NCBI GenBank assembly: GCA_964560525.1
Contig: CAZLLO010000003.1
Coordinates: 9,585 to 73,584 of the forward strand
Reading direction: 5' to 3'
From: an uncultured Candidatus Saccharibacteria bacterium
GTDB taxonomy: Bacteria; Patescibacteriota; Dojkabacteria; SC72
DNA: 64,000 nt
The notes under the pieces were generated by a model. It did no database searches. It saw only the letters and a program-made list of their open reading frames with translations, and was not told the DNA's origin. Position 1 is the stretch's first letter. Each line of letters starts with the position of its first letter. Below are positions 40,066 to 49,592 of the stretch, piece after piece. The position numbers and the translations under genes were made by a program.

Positions 40066-40590
40066 TTAATACCGAACCTCTTGTGCTAATACCTTTCCTA
40101 AGATATCAATACCCTTAAACGTTTTGATACTTTCAATCTTTAAAACATTATCCTCTTTAATCAAAACCATATCACTAAGATTAATCTCACTATTAGGAGA
40201 AACATATGCAATTCCTTTTGAATTATTAATAACTCCCATATCCAATGCAAATGCTTCAGGATCAATACTCAAAACCCAATCAGGAGCATTGTAGAATAGA
40301 TATGTATTAGATTTGTTAAACACGAAATTGCTAGGAATATCTGTGAATAGGGGTACACGACTAAAGTTCATTCTAATCTTCCCATCTGTTATATCATTTA
40401 ACAAATCGGATGGTGTAGTTTTCAAGGCTTTCGCTAAAGATTCTAACTGGTTTAATGGAGAGCTGACGCCACGTTCATATCTAGAAATCATCTCCCAAGT
40501 CTTACCAATCTTGTCAGCTAGTTGTTGCTGGGTTAGATTCTGTCTCTCACGATATATCTTAATATTCTCACCAATATAATTATTGTTCAT
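40066..40590 (-). CDS. XRE-family HTH repressor with a lambda-CI/LexA-like (S24-type) C-terminal domain that appears to lack the catalytic Ser
   Basis: HTH IKIYRERQNLTQQQLADKIGKTWEMISRYERG. C-terminal ...SDMVLIKEDNVLKIE...ILGKVLAQEV resembles the CI/LexA C-terminal fold (VGKVIASQW in lambda CI as I recall it). At the position of the GxSM Ser motif this protein has LDMGV. Confidence 0.65.
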   Translation of the reverse strand: MNNNYIGENIKIYRERQNLTQQQLADKIGKTWEMISRYERGVSSPLNQLESLAKALKTTPSDLLNDITDGKIRMNFSRVPLFTDIPSNFVFNKSNTYLFYNAPDWVLSIDPEAFALDMGVINNSKGIAYVSPNSEINLSDMVLIKEDNVLKIESIKTFKGIDILGKVLAQEVRY

Positions 40591-40786
40591 ATATATAGAA
40601 TTGTATTCACATTAAAAAGATTAAAGAATAGAAAGAGAAGTCTTTTAAAAGAACTCGTAGGTCGTATCGTAAGAAAAATGAAAGAAAAATATTTAATACT
40701 TAAGTATGCAAATGATAAAAAATCAATTTTATCTGTACAAAAAGATATTAAAGAAAGAGAAGCTTACAATTAAGGATGTTTCGGCA

Positions 40787-41260
40787 TTAAAAAAACTTGC
40801 CCAAAGGATACACAATATGTAGCCAATTATCTTTTAACCATTTATCTGCCAATTTTTGAGAATCCAGTAATCCTCTTTTGGCTAATTCCTTATTTATGAC
40901 ATTTCCTTGATGAGGCTTATCGAACTGTTTTTCTAAGGGCGAACTAAACCCATGTGCATAATGACATAGCTCATGTGCAATAGTTGCACTAACAACAAAT
41001 TCTGGAATAATTTCGTTTTGGAAATACTTTGTTATAGTAATTACTGTAATTCGTTTATCATCTTGAGCCTCATAATCATCCTGGTTCTTTCTTAACAAAC
41101 TTTTTATCTTTGTATATTCATTAGCTAGTTTAATACTACCTAATTGGCGCTTAGAGTATTTCCCGAACTTGATAAGAACAAGGTTTTTTCTTGGAATATC
41201 GGAGAAGTATTCTTCCCATAAATCATACATTAAATTTTCTAAATATTTTCTATCTCTCAT
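40787..41260 (-). CDS. DUF45/YgjP (SprT-like) HExxH zinc metallohydrolase
   Basis: KRQLGSIKLA...VVSATIAHELCHYAHGFSSP matches the YgjP pattern RWGSC..I.LN...YVVVHELAHL.H.NHS. Confidence 0.65.
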   Translation of the reverse strand: MRDRKYLENLMYDLWEEYFSDIPRKNLVLIKFGKYSKRQLGSIKLANEYTKIKSLLRKNQDDYEAQDDKRITVITITKYFQNEIIPEFVVSATIAHELCHYAHGFSSPLEKQFDKPHQGNVINKELAKRGLLDSQKLADKWLKDNWLHIVYPLGKFF

Positions 41261-41274
41261 GCTATTATATTAGG

Positions 41275-43080
41275 ATGATTTTACAGAAATACAAGAAAAA
41301 ACTCATTACTTTATGGAATGTTCTCAAGTTCATATATGGTAGGTATACTTTTACTGCTGTTACAAGAGATATACTTTTTGTTGTAGCTACAGCATCTGAA
41401 GTATACAGCATCACAATTGTTGGTAAATTCATTGATGAAGTAGCAAAGATACTTTTAGATTGGAATCAGTTTGATCTCTCACAGTTTTTTCAAACACAGG
41501 CTTTCTTACACTTGGTAACAATTTTCGTGCTTTGGTCAATTTTGCAGGCATGTAATCAAGCTAAGCAACATCTTTACACCGTAATATATGAAAAGGTTTG
41601 GGAAGATGCAAGATATATGATGATTGCAAAGGTATCAAAATCCAATCTTCAGGATGTTGAACAAGAGAAATTCCAAGATTTACTTACATATGCACCTGCG
41701 TATTCGATAGACAAAATAATACAAACATATAACAGCTTCTCTGGAATTGTTAGTAGCATTGTCCGTTTGGTAAGTGCAGCCATAATTATATTTGGAATTA
41801 TGAGTTGGTCTGTATTCTTACTCATACTCTTTGTGCTTCCAGAAATAATAATTGTACACATCAGAAGAAAGCAGATTCGTAATTACCAAGATGAGGAGGT
41901 TGGAAGACTCAAATACCTTAACTATCTAACCAATCTTACACTTACGATAGCCAATTTCCCAGAATTAAGAGTCAATGATACATATGCATATACCAAACGA
42001 AAATATGATGAACAGTATGATGAATTCTTAGAAGGATATTTAAAGAAAGATGGGGATATGTACCGAGATAGAACAGTAAGCTCAATCATAGATCAGGGGC
42101 TGAAGTTTGCATATATTGTATATGTTCTCTCCTTTTCAATTGTAAAGAAGTTAAGTTTGGGTACTTTTAAGGCTTTGTATGATTATGTGGATATGGCGTA
42201 TGGCAGTATTTACAGTGTGTTGGATTCCCTTTCATTCATATCAACCTTGCTGGGGTATGATGAAGGTTTCTTTGACCTTATGGATTTCGAAGGATATGGG
42301 GATCATATGCATGGGGAATTAAAGTTAAAGAAAGGAACCCCTATGATTGAGCTTAAAAATCTTAGCTTCTCATATCCAGATGATCCAAAGACAATGGTTT
42401 TGAAGCATGTTGATATTGAAATTAAACCTGGAGAGAAAGTTGCTTTCTTTGGAAGTGATGGCTCGGGGAAGAGTAGTATGGTCAAAATCTTAACTGGCCT
42501 GTATCAAATCCAATCAGGAGAGTATCTAGTTGATGGTTGCTCTGTAAAGGAATTAGGACGCGGAGAACTTAAGAAGAAGATAGCTGTTACTTTCCAAGAT
42601 TTCATCAATTACAACTTTAGTGTTAAGGAGAATGTTGTTATATCTGGAGAAAGGAAGAATATCGACAAGAAATTGTACAATGAGGTTTCAAAAGTAAGCT
42701 TAGTTACAGATTTTCTAAAGAAAGAGAAAATAGAGGATGAACACGTATTAGGCAAAACCTTCCCAGGTGGAAAGGATCTTTCTCCAGGATATTGGCAGAG
42801 GTTGGCAATTGCAAGAATGTTGTACAGGAATAAAAAGATATTTGTTATGGATGAATCTTTTACATTCATAGATTCAGAATCAAAAGAATCCATATTGCAT
42901 AATATTTTCAATTTCCTTGGAACAGAAAAAACATTGATATATATCACAAGAAGTGTAGAAGACTTGGATCTGTTTGATAGAATATATTTCTTTGAAAATG
43001 GTAAGGTTATTGAATCTGGAAACTTTAAGGAATTGATGAAGAAGCGAAAGAAATTCTTTAAGATTGCTAATGAAAAATAG
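41275..43080 (+). CDS. ABC exporter with fused permease and ATPase
   Basis: Six N-terminal TM segments; Walker A GSDGSGKSS; a signature-like LSPGYWQRLAIAR; Walker B IFVMDES. The start is moved to the ATG at 41275 to avoid overlapping the upstream gene. Confidence 0.85.
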   Translation: MILQKYKKKLITLWNVLKFIYGRYTFTAVTRDILFVVATASEVYSITIVGKFIDEVAKILLDWNQFDLSQFFQTQAFLHLVTIFVLWSILQACNQAKQHLYTVIYEKVWEDARYMMIAKVSKSNLQDVEQEKFQDLLTYAPAYSIDKIIQTYNSFSGIVSSIVRLVSAAIIIFGIMSWSVFLLILFVLPEIIIVHIRRKQIRNYQDEEVGRLKYLNYLTNLTLTIANFPELRVNDTYAYTKRKYDEQYDEFLEGYLKKDGDMYRDRTVSSIIDQGLKFAYIVYVLSFSIVKKLSLGTFKALYDYVDMAYGSIYSVLDSLSFISTLLGYDEGFFDLMDFEGYGDHMHGELKLKKGTPMIELKNLSFSYPDDPKTMVLKHVDIEIKPGEKVAFFGSDGSGKSSMVKILTGLYQIQSGEYLVDGCSVKELGRGELKKKIAVTFQDFINYNFSVKENVVISGERKNIDKKLYNEVSKVSLVTDFLKKEKIEDEHVLGKTFPGGKDLSPGYWQRLAIARMLYRNKKIFVMDESFTFIDSESKESILHNIFNFLGTEKTLIYITRSVEDLDLFDRIYFFENGKVIESGNFKELMKKRKKFFKIANEK

Positions 43081-43120
43081 GCATATACAGTGGATAGGTT
43101 AAAAGTGTAAAATATACTCC

Positions 43121-43987
43121 ATGGAACTGTTAGATGGAAAATTGCTTTCGCAAAAAATACTAAATGAAATTTCCCAGGATATTGAGAATATTAAACAGCA
43201 AGGAAAGAAAACTCCTCAGTTAGATATGATTCTTGTAGGGGATAATTTCGGAAGTGTTAAATATGTAGAAATGAAAGAAAAAGTAGCTAAGGAATTGGGT
43301 ATAAAGGGTGTTGTACACCATTTAGATAGTAGTGCGAATACATTAGATATAGTTAACCTCATAGATTCACTGGACAAGGATGACGAAGTAGATGGATACA
43401 TGGTACAGCTTCCTTTGCCAGATCATATAAATACAAATTTAGTACTAGATGCGATAGATCCGAGAAAGGATGTTGATGGACTCTCTCCTCTCAATCTAGG
43501 TAAACTTTTTCAAAAAGATTCTTCTGCCATAATATCTGCAACTCCATTAGGTATAATGAAACTTTTGGAAGAGTACAATATCAAGGTGTTTGGAAAACAT
43601 GTTGTAATTCTCGGAGCAAGTACCATTGTTGGTATTCCATTAGAAGCTATGTTACTTGAAAAGAATGCTACAGTCACAATCTGCAATGTTCATACAGTTG
43701 AAATAGAGGAAATTGCTAAACAGGCAGATATATTAATATCCGCAACGGGAACACCATTACTAGTTAAGAAAAATTTCTTAAAACAAGATTGTATTGTCAT
43801 AGATGTTGGCTCTAGCAAGCACCCTGAAACAGGGAAGATAGTAGGGGATGTTGATTGGGAATCTGTTAAGGGTATTCCCTCATACATAACTCCAGTACCA
43901 GGAGGTGTGGGTCCAATGACAATTGCTTCTTTAATGTTTAATTTAATGAGATGCTATCATAATGATAAAAGATCAAGAAATATATAA
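43121..43987 (+). CDS. folD: Bifunctional methylenetetrahydrofolate dehydrogenase/cyclohydrolase
   Basis: MVQLPLP...DVDGL...VVILGASTIVG motifs. Confidence 0.9.
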   Translation: MELLDGKLLSQKILNEISQDIENIKQQGKKTPQLDMILVGDNFGSVKYVEMKEKVAKELGIKGVVHHLDSSANTLDIVNLIDSLDKDDEVDGYMVQLPLPDHINTNLVLDAIDPRKDVDGLSPLNLGKLFQKDSSAIISATPLGIMKLLEEYNIKVFGKHVVILGASTIVGIPLEAMLLEKNATVTICNVHTVEIEEIAKQADILISATGTPLLVKKNFLKQDCIVIDVGSSKHPETGKIVGDVDWESVKGIPSYITPVPGGVGPMTIASLMFNLMRCYHNDKRSRNI

Positions 43988-45188
43988 CAGTATTCAATCT
44001 GAAGCCAGAAGACAAAAAGAAGGATTAGAATTAATAGCATCTGAAAACTATGTTAGTGAAGATGTGCTTGAAGCCTTAGGCTCAATATTGACTAACAAAT
44101 ATTCTGAAGGTTATCCAGATAAGCGTTACTATTGTGGAAATAAGTATATTGATGAAATTGAGAAGACAGCTATTTTAAGAGCGAAAGAGCTATTTGGTGC
44201 CGAGCATGTTAATGTCCAACCATATTCTGGATCTCCAGCTAATATGGCTGTATATTTTGCATTACTCCAACCAGGAGACAAAACAATGGGAATGTCACTT
44301 GATGCAGGTGGTCATTTAACACATGGATTTAAGGCTTCTTTTTCAGGGAAATATTTTGATTCAATAAACTATGGAGTGGATGATAATGGATATATTGACT
44401 ATGAAGAGGTTAGAAAGTTAGCTTTAGAACACAGGCCTAAACTCATATGGGCGGGATTTTCTGCATATTCTAGAATAATAGATTGGCAAAGATTTAGAGA
44501 TATCGCCGATGAAGTTGGAGCATATCTAGCTGTGGATATCTCGCATGTTGCAGGATTAGTTGTTTCTGGAATATATCCATCTCCTGTAGGTATTGCAGAT
44601 GTTGTTACAACGACAACACATAAAACACTCAGAGGGCCAAGAGGAGCCATAATTATGTGCAAAGAATCACTTGGAGAGCAGATAGACAAAACAGTGTTCC
44701 CAGGGCTTCAGGGAGGGCCACACAACCATGTAACAGCCGCTATGGCGGTTGCATTTAAAGAAGCCTCAACTCCAGAATTCAAGGAATATGCAAAACAAAT
44801 TGTAGCTAATTCAAAAGCCCTTTCAGAAGCATTAGTGAAGCTAGGATATACAATTATTTCTGGAGGAACAGATAATCATCTTTTCTTGGTAGATGTTATG
44901 AAGAGTATTAGTTTAACAGGTAATCAAGCGTCTGATATCTTAGAAAAGGCAAATATTACGGTTAATAAAAACGCAGTACCAAACGATCAAAGAAAACCAT
45001 GGGATCCATCTGGGATCAGAATTGGTACTCCAGCATTAACTACTAGAGGAATGAAGGAAGCAGATATGGAGATTGTTGCTCAATTCATAGATAAAGCATT
45101 AAGAAATCCTAGTGATGATAATTTAGAAGAAATCAAATCAGAAGTTAAAGAGTTTACCAAAGACTTTCCAATACCAGGTATAGATTAA
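43962..45188 (+). CDS. glyA: Serine hydroxymethyltransferase
   Basis: LIASENYVSEDVLEA, the THKTLRGPRG PLP-lysine region, and the rest of a canonical SHMT. Confidence 0.95.
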   Translation: MIKDQEIYNSIQSEARRQKEGLELIASENYVSEDVLEALGSILTNKYSEGYPDKRYYCGNKYIDEIEKTAILRAKELFGAEHVNVQPYSGSPANMAVYFALLQPGDKTMGMSLDAGGHLTHGFKASFSGKYFDSINYGVDDNGYIDYEEVRKLALEHRPKLIWAGFSAYSRIIDWQRFRDIADEVGAYLAVDISHVAGLVVSGIYPSPVGIADVVTTTTHKTLRGPRGAIIMCKESLGEQIDKTVFPGLQGGPHNHVTAAMAVAFKEASTPEFKEYAKQIVANSKALSEALVKLGYTIISGGTDNHLFLVDVMKSISLTGNQASDILEKANITVNKNAVPNDQRKPWDPSGIRIGTPALTTRGMKEADMEIVAQFIDKALRNPSDDNLEEIKSEVKEFTKDFPIPGID

Positions 45189-45205
45189 ATTTAAATATTC
45201 TAGAT

Positions 45206-45772
45206 ATGATACTCTCAGATAGATCAATTAGGGCGAAACTTAAAACTGGAGAGATAACCATAGAGCCATTTGATGAGAAATTTCTACAGCCAGCTTCATA
45301 TGATCTTCATTTAGATAGCCATTTCTTAATATTTAATAAAAAGAAAGATTTTGTTATTGATGTTAAAAAGCCCATTGATGACCTTATGCAAAGTATAGAA
45401 GTAGATGAAAATGATGGTTATGTGCTTCAACCAGGAGAATTTGTTTTGGCCAATGTAAAAGAGATAACTGGAGTAGATGGAAAACATATAGCAAGATTGG
45501 AGGGCAAAAGCTCATTGGGTAGATTAGGGTTAGCAATTCATGTTACTGCAGGATTTTTAGATCCTGGGAATAATTTGAGGCTTACATTACATATGATAAA
45601 CCTGTCTCCATTACCAATTAAAATATATCCAGGCATGAAGATTGCACAAATCATATTTGAACTGTTAGATCAGGAATGTGATAGAAAGTATGGTTCTGAG
45701 GGACTAGGGAATAAATATGTTGGAACAATGACTGTAAAAGGGAGTGAATACTGGAGAAATTTCGAGAAGTAA
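45206..45772 (+). CDS. dcd: dCTP deaminase
   Basis: ILSDRSI...QPASYDLHL...EGKSSLGRLGL motifs. Confidence 0.85.
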   Translation: MILSDRSIRAKLKTGEITIEPFDEKFLQPASYDLHLDSHFLIFNKKKDFVIDVKKPIDDLMQSIEVDENDGYVLQPGEFVLANVKEITGVDGKHIARLEGKSSLGRLGLAIHVTAGFLDPGNNLRLTLHMINLSPLPIKIYPGMKIAQIIFELLDQECDRKYGSEGLGNKYVGTMTVKGSEYWRNFEK

Positions 45773-45792
45773 GTTTGTAGTATAATAAGCCT

Positions 45793-47073
45793 ATGTCTAA
45801 CAACATTAGGGATCAATTCCCAATACTAAAAACTAAGATAAATGGTAATCCAATTGTATATTTGGATAATGCCGCTACTACCCAGAAACCTCAGTTTGTA
45901 TTAGATTCCATCAATGATTACTACACTAAGTATAATGCAAATATTCATAGAAGTTCTCATGTCTTAGCTAAAGAAGCTACAGAGAGATGGAAGAATGCAC
46001 ACCAAATAGTTGCAGATTTCTTGAATGCTGATAACTACAAAGAGATTGTGTTTACGAGAAATACTACTGAAGGATTGAATCTTCTAGTTAATACATATGG
46101 AAAAGCAAATCTTTCCAAAGGAGATATTGTCATAGTTTCAGAGATGGAACATCACAGTAATATTGTTCCATGGATGATTTTGCAAAAAGAGATTGGTTTT
46201 GAAATTAAATATATTCCTGTAAACGAGAATTTCGATCTAGATTTGAATTGGTTAGAAGAGGAAATTAATAGGGACGGAAATAGAATTAAGATTGTTTCTG
46301 TGGTACATATCTCAAATGTACTTGGAACATTAAATCCTGTTAAAGAAATTGCAGAATTATCTCATAGGGTAGGGGCCTTTATGATTGTTGATGCAGCTCA
46401 AAGTGTTCAGCATGTTAAGGTTGATGTTAAGGATATAGATTGTGATGCATTAGTATTTTCAAGTCATAAGATATATGGACCAACTGGTAATGGAGTTTTG
46501 TATTGTAAGGAAAATATCTTAGAGAAATTACCTCCATATATGGGTGGTGGTGAGATGATATTAAGTGTTTCTAAAGATGGTTTTGAAATGAATGATTTGC
46601 CATGGAGATTTGAGGCAGGTACGCCCGATATTGAAAGCGGGATTGTGTTCGGAGAAACTTTGAAATGGTTTACAAAGACTGTAAATGAAATGGGAGGATT
46701 TGAGAAACTTGTAGAGCATGAAAGAGGTCTAATGAGAGAACTTCTAGATTCTTTCGATGGGGTAGAGTGGTTTAAACCTTTTGGAAAGATAGACTACAAT
46801 AACCGATATGGAGTTTTAACATTTAATATAGAGGGCTTTAGTTTTAAAGGATGTAAGGAAAAACGTCAGGAAAATCAGGAGGGTGATGGTATTGTTGAAT
46901 ATATTAGTAAAAAAGGAGTATGTGTAAGAGAAGGCTTCCATTGTGCAGAACCACTTCATGACAGATTCCATATTGGTCCCACAATGAGGGTAAGTTTTGG
47001 GATATACAACAACATAGAGGATGTCAAAAAATTCTCAAACTATCTCAAAGAAGCACTTCTAAGTTCATATTAG
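45793..47073 (+). CDS. sufS: Cysteine desulfurase (class V aminotransferase, SufS/CsdA-like)
   Basis: YLDNAATTQKP, the SSHKIYGPTG PLP-lysine region, and a C-terminal conserved Cys region. Confidence 0.85.
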   Translation: MSNNIRDQFPILKTKINGNPIVYLDNAATTQKPQFVLDSINDYYTKYNANIHRSSHVLAKEATERWKNAHQIVADFLNADNYKEIVFTRNTTEGLNLLVNTYGKANLSKGDIVIVSEMEHHSNIVPWMILQKEIGFEIKYIPVNENFDLDLNWLEEEINRDGNRIKIVSVVHISNVLGTLNPVKEIAELSHRVGAFMIVDAAQSVQHVKVDVKDIDCDALVFSSHKIYGPTGNGVLYCKENILEKLPPYMGGGEMILSVSKDGFEMNDLPWRFEAGTPDIESGIVFGETLKWFTKTVNEMGGFEKLVEHERGLMRELLDSFDGVEWFKPFGKIDYNNRYGVLTFNIEGFSFKGCKEKRQENQEGDGIVEYISKKGVCVREGFHCAEPLHDRFHIGPTMRVSFGIYNNIEDVKKFSNYLKEALLSSY

Positions 47074-48278
47074 AATGCTACTGGTGGTACAGAGCTTGGA
47101 GCAGTAGGAGTAGGATTATTTTCAATTGTAGGTGCTGTTGGAGTAGTCATTACACTTGGTGCTGACTCTGGTGCCTGTGAAGCTTGTAAATTTACGAATT
47201 GTTGCAAGTCTGGGAGTGGAGTACTTGGAATCTCTTGAGCAGGTTGGCTATCAAAAGTTGTTGGTAACTCTGTAACATTAGTAGGTGCTATGAAAGATTG
47301 CTCAGGTACCTGTACTGGCGTTGGTGATTGTACTGTAGGATCTTGCTCTGTTGGCACTGTTGTAGATTCACTATGTGATTCTTGTTGCATTATTGCCTGT
47401 AGATCAGATGATTGATTTTGTTCTGGTACTTTAACTTCTGTAGGAACAAATGTTGGTTGCTCTTGCATGAAAGGTGTTTCCTCTGTTGTTGGAGCAGTAT
47501 TACCTATTACATCTTGAATAGGAGTATTTGCGGGTGCTGGAGAATAGAGATTATTAGAAAGATTCTCCATATTTACAGGAGTAGTTTGAGGTATTTCACT
47601 CTCAGGTTGCACAGGAGTTACCTCTGGTTTAACCTCAGGAATACTTTCTACAGGTGTTTCTTTATCGCTATTTTTCTTCTTACTGAGAAGAATGCCAACA
47701 ATACTGATTAATAATATAACAGCACCACCTATTAGAACGTATGGCAAGTAATCCATAATCTTGTCTTTAAATGTTTCAGTAGTAGTTGTTGTTGTAGTTT
47801 TTGTTGTGGTTGTATTCTCTGTCTTTTGTTGTGTGGCTGTAACTGTATCTGTGTTATCTACATTAGTTACTGTTCCAACGGTTAAATCTCCTAAATCCAA
47901 TGTGGAATTCTCAAGTATTGTAAATTTGTATGCAGTTCCAGTACTTGTGAATGTTATATTTGCAATATTTCCTGTTACAGCCGTAGCTGTTTCCATTGTA
48001 CAGGTAACAGTTACGACATTATTTTGATTAGTAGAAGAAAACGTCCCACAGGAAGTGGATGTTCCTTGTTCTACTTTTGTGATAGTTACATCACTTGAAG
48101 CTTGTATAGCGATAGTGAAACCAGTTAGTGTATCTGTGTTTGATTCAACACCCAAAGCTACCTGTTTAAGAGTTGTGGTAGAAGTATCCTTTACTGCAAG
48201 ATCTACAGCTGCGAATATTTTTGTTGGAAGAAGTATGAGTAAAAATACAGGTAGAACCAAAAGAAGCAGTTTTTTCAT
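47070..48278 (-). CDS. Secreted/membrane protein: signal peptide, beta-rich Thr/Val-rich domain (cohesin-like guess), poly-Thr linker, single TM, then a Pro/Thr/Gln/Glu-rich tail
   Basis: MKKLLLLVLPVFLLILLPTKIFA signal peptide; TTTTKTTTTTTTET; TM YLPYVLIGGAVILLISIVGILL followed by KKKNSDKE (positive-inside); about 200 aa of low-complexity PTQE-rich tail. Confidence 0.6.
   Translation of the reverse strand: MKKLLLLVLPVFLLILLPTKIFAAVDLAVKDTSTTTLKQVALGVESNTDTLTGFTIAIQASSDVTITKVEQGTSTSCGTFSSTNQNNVVTVTCTMETATAVTGNIANITFTSTGTAYKFTILENSTLDLGDLTVGTVTNVDNTDTVTATQQKTENTTTTKTTTTTTTETFKDKIMDYLPYVLIGGAVILLISIVGILLSKKKNSDKETPVESIPEVKPEVTPVQPESEIPQTTPVNMENLSNNLYSPAPANTPIQDVIGNTAPTTEETPFMQEQPTFVPTEVKVPEQNQSSDLQAIMQQESHSESTTVPTEQDPTVQSPTPVQVPEQSFIAPTNVTELPTTFDSQPAQEIPSTPLPDLQQFVNLQASQAPESAPSVMTTPTAPTIENNPTPTAPSSVPPVAF
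47779..47813. repeat. Imperfect trinucleotide tract (AGT/TGT/GGT on the + strand) encoding the poly-Thr linker
   Basis: The tract agtagttgttgttgtagtttttgttgtggttgt read directly in the sequence. Confidence 0.5.
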
Positions 48279-48380
48279 CAAAATGGCAGTTTAATTTTAT
48301 ACTTATTAAGGCTATCATGGCAAAAGAAGAAAGTCAAAAAGAATTATTTGACTTAATGGCTTTGTACAGATACACTTTTA

Positions 48381-49592
48381 ATGAATATATTACTGCCTAA
48401 TATGGATTACACAAATACAGGTTTACTACAAAATAATAATGGAGTAGGGGAGAATTCTCTTTCAGAGGTGATGGCTTTGAGAAACAAACTGATGGAGTCT
48501 AGGGTTCCAATTGATTTAAAAAACAGTGCTTTAAAAGGTGTAGAGAGAGTAGAGCGAGCTGCAAAAAATGGAACATATAGCTCAGAATTTGAAAATGTTA
48601 GTAAATATATCGAATGGATAACATCTATTCCGTGGGGAATAATTTCTCAAGATAATCTTGATATTAAGCATGCCAAAGAGTTAATGGATTCCACACACTA
48701 TGGTATGGATTCTATTAAAAATATGATCCTGGACTATCTAGCTTCGATGCAATTAGAGATGAGGCAGAATTTACCCACATATGGGAATATGCCTTCTCAA
48801 ATACAAGGTAATTTAGCTGAAAGAATGCCTGTGAATGCTCCTGTGGTTAAGAATGCAAGTTCGAAAGCGCCAGTATTTCTTTTTGTTGGTTTACAGGGTG
48901 TTGGAAAAACCACTATTGCTAAATCTATCGCTGACTCTATGGGTAGGAAATTCGCCAGAATTTCCTTAGGTGCAATAGGAGATGTGCGTACTTTAAGAGG
49001 TACTCCTAGGCATTCTATAGATGCTGAACCAGGTCAAGTTATCAAAGCTTTGGTTCGAGGTGGAACAATGAATCCAGTTATTCTATTAGATGAGATTGAG
49101 AAAGCCAGTGGTAATGCGGGATTATTAAATGATGTAATGGCTGCATTATTAGAGATTCTGGATCCTGAGCAAAATACAACTTTTATAGATCACTATGTGG
49201 ATTATCCTGTGGATCTATCAAAGGTTTTCTTTATATGTACTGCTAACAATTTGGGTGGTCTATCTGCTGCTTTGCTAGATCGTGTTGAGGTTATTCGTTT
49301 TACCAGTTATTCTGACGAGGAGAAGTTCGTTATAGCTAGGAAGTATATATTACCCAAGGTTCTTAAGGATTTGAATATATCTGAAGAATACATTCGCATA
49401 GATGATAGTGTATGGCCATTAATTATCCGTCCAGTAGGATTTGATGCGGGCATTAGGCAGTTAGAGAGAAATATCGCTTCCATAATTAGAACAGGTGCAC
49501 GTAAGATAGTTGAGGGGGCTCAACTTCCAATAGTGATCTCTACTGAGAATATAAACCAATATTTACCTCAGGATCAGGGACCTCTGAGTTAA
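48381..49592 (+). CDS. Stand-alone Lon-type AAA+ ATPase core, with no Lon N-terminal domain and no S16 protease domain
   Basis: Collinear with the E. coli Lon AAA+ region as I recall it: KYIEWITSIPW, HYGMDSIKNMILDYLAS, Walker A GLQGVGKTT, Walker B NPVILLDEIEKA, LEILDPEQNTTFIDHY, sensor FICTAN, LLDRVEVIRFTSYSDEEK, FDAGIRQLERNI. The ORF ends where the protease domain would begin. Confidence 0.8.
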   Translation: MNILLPNMDYTNTGLLQNNNGVGENSLSEVMALRNKLMESRVPIDLKNSALKGVERVERAAKNGTYSSEFENVSKYIEWITSIPWGIISQDNLDIKHAKELMDSTHYGMDSIKNMILDYLASMQLEMRQNLPTYGNMPSQIQGNLAERMPVNAPVVKNASSKAPVFLFVGLQGVGKTTIAKSIADSMGRKFARISLGAIGDVRTLRGTPRHSIDAEPGQVIKALVRGGTMNPVILLDEIEKASGNAGLLNDVMAALLEILDPEQNTTFIDHYVDYPVDLSKVFFICTANNLGGLSAALLDRVEVIRFTSYSDEEKFVIARKYILPKVLKDLNISEEYIRIDDSVWPLIIRPVGFDAGIRQLERNIASIIRTGARKIVEGAQLPIVISTENINQYLPQDQGPLS

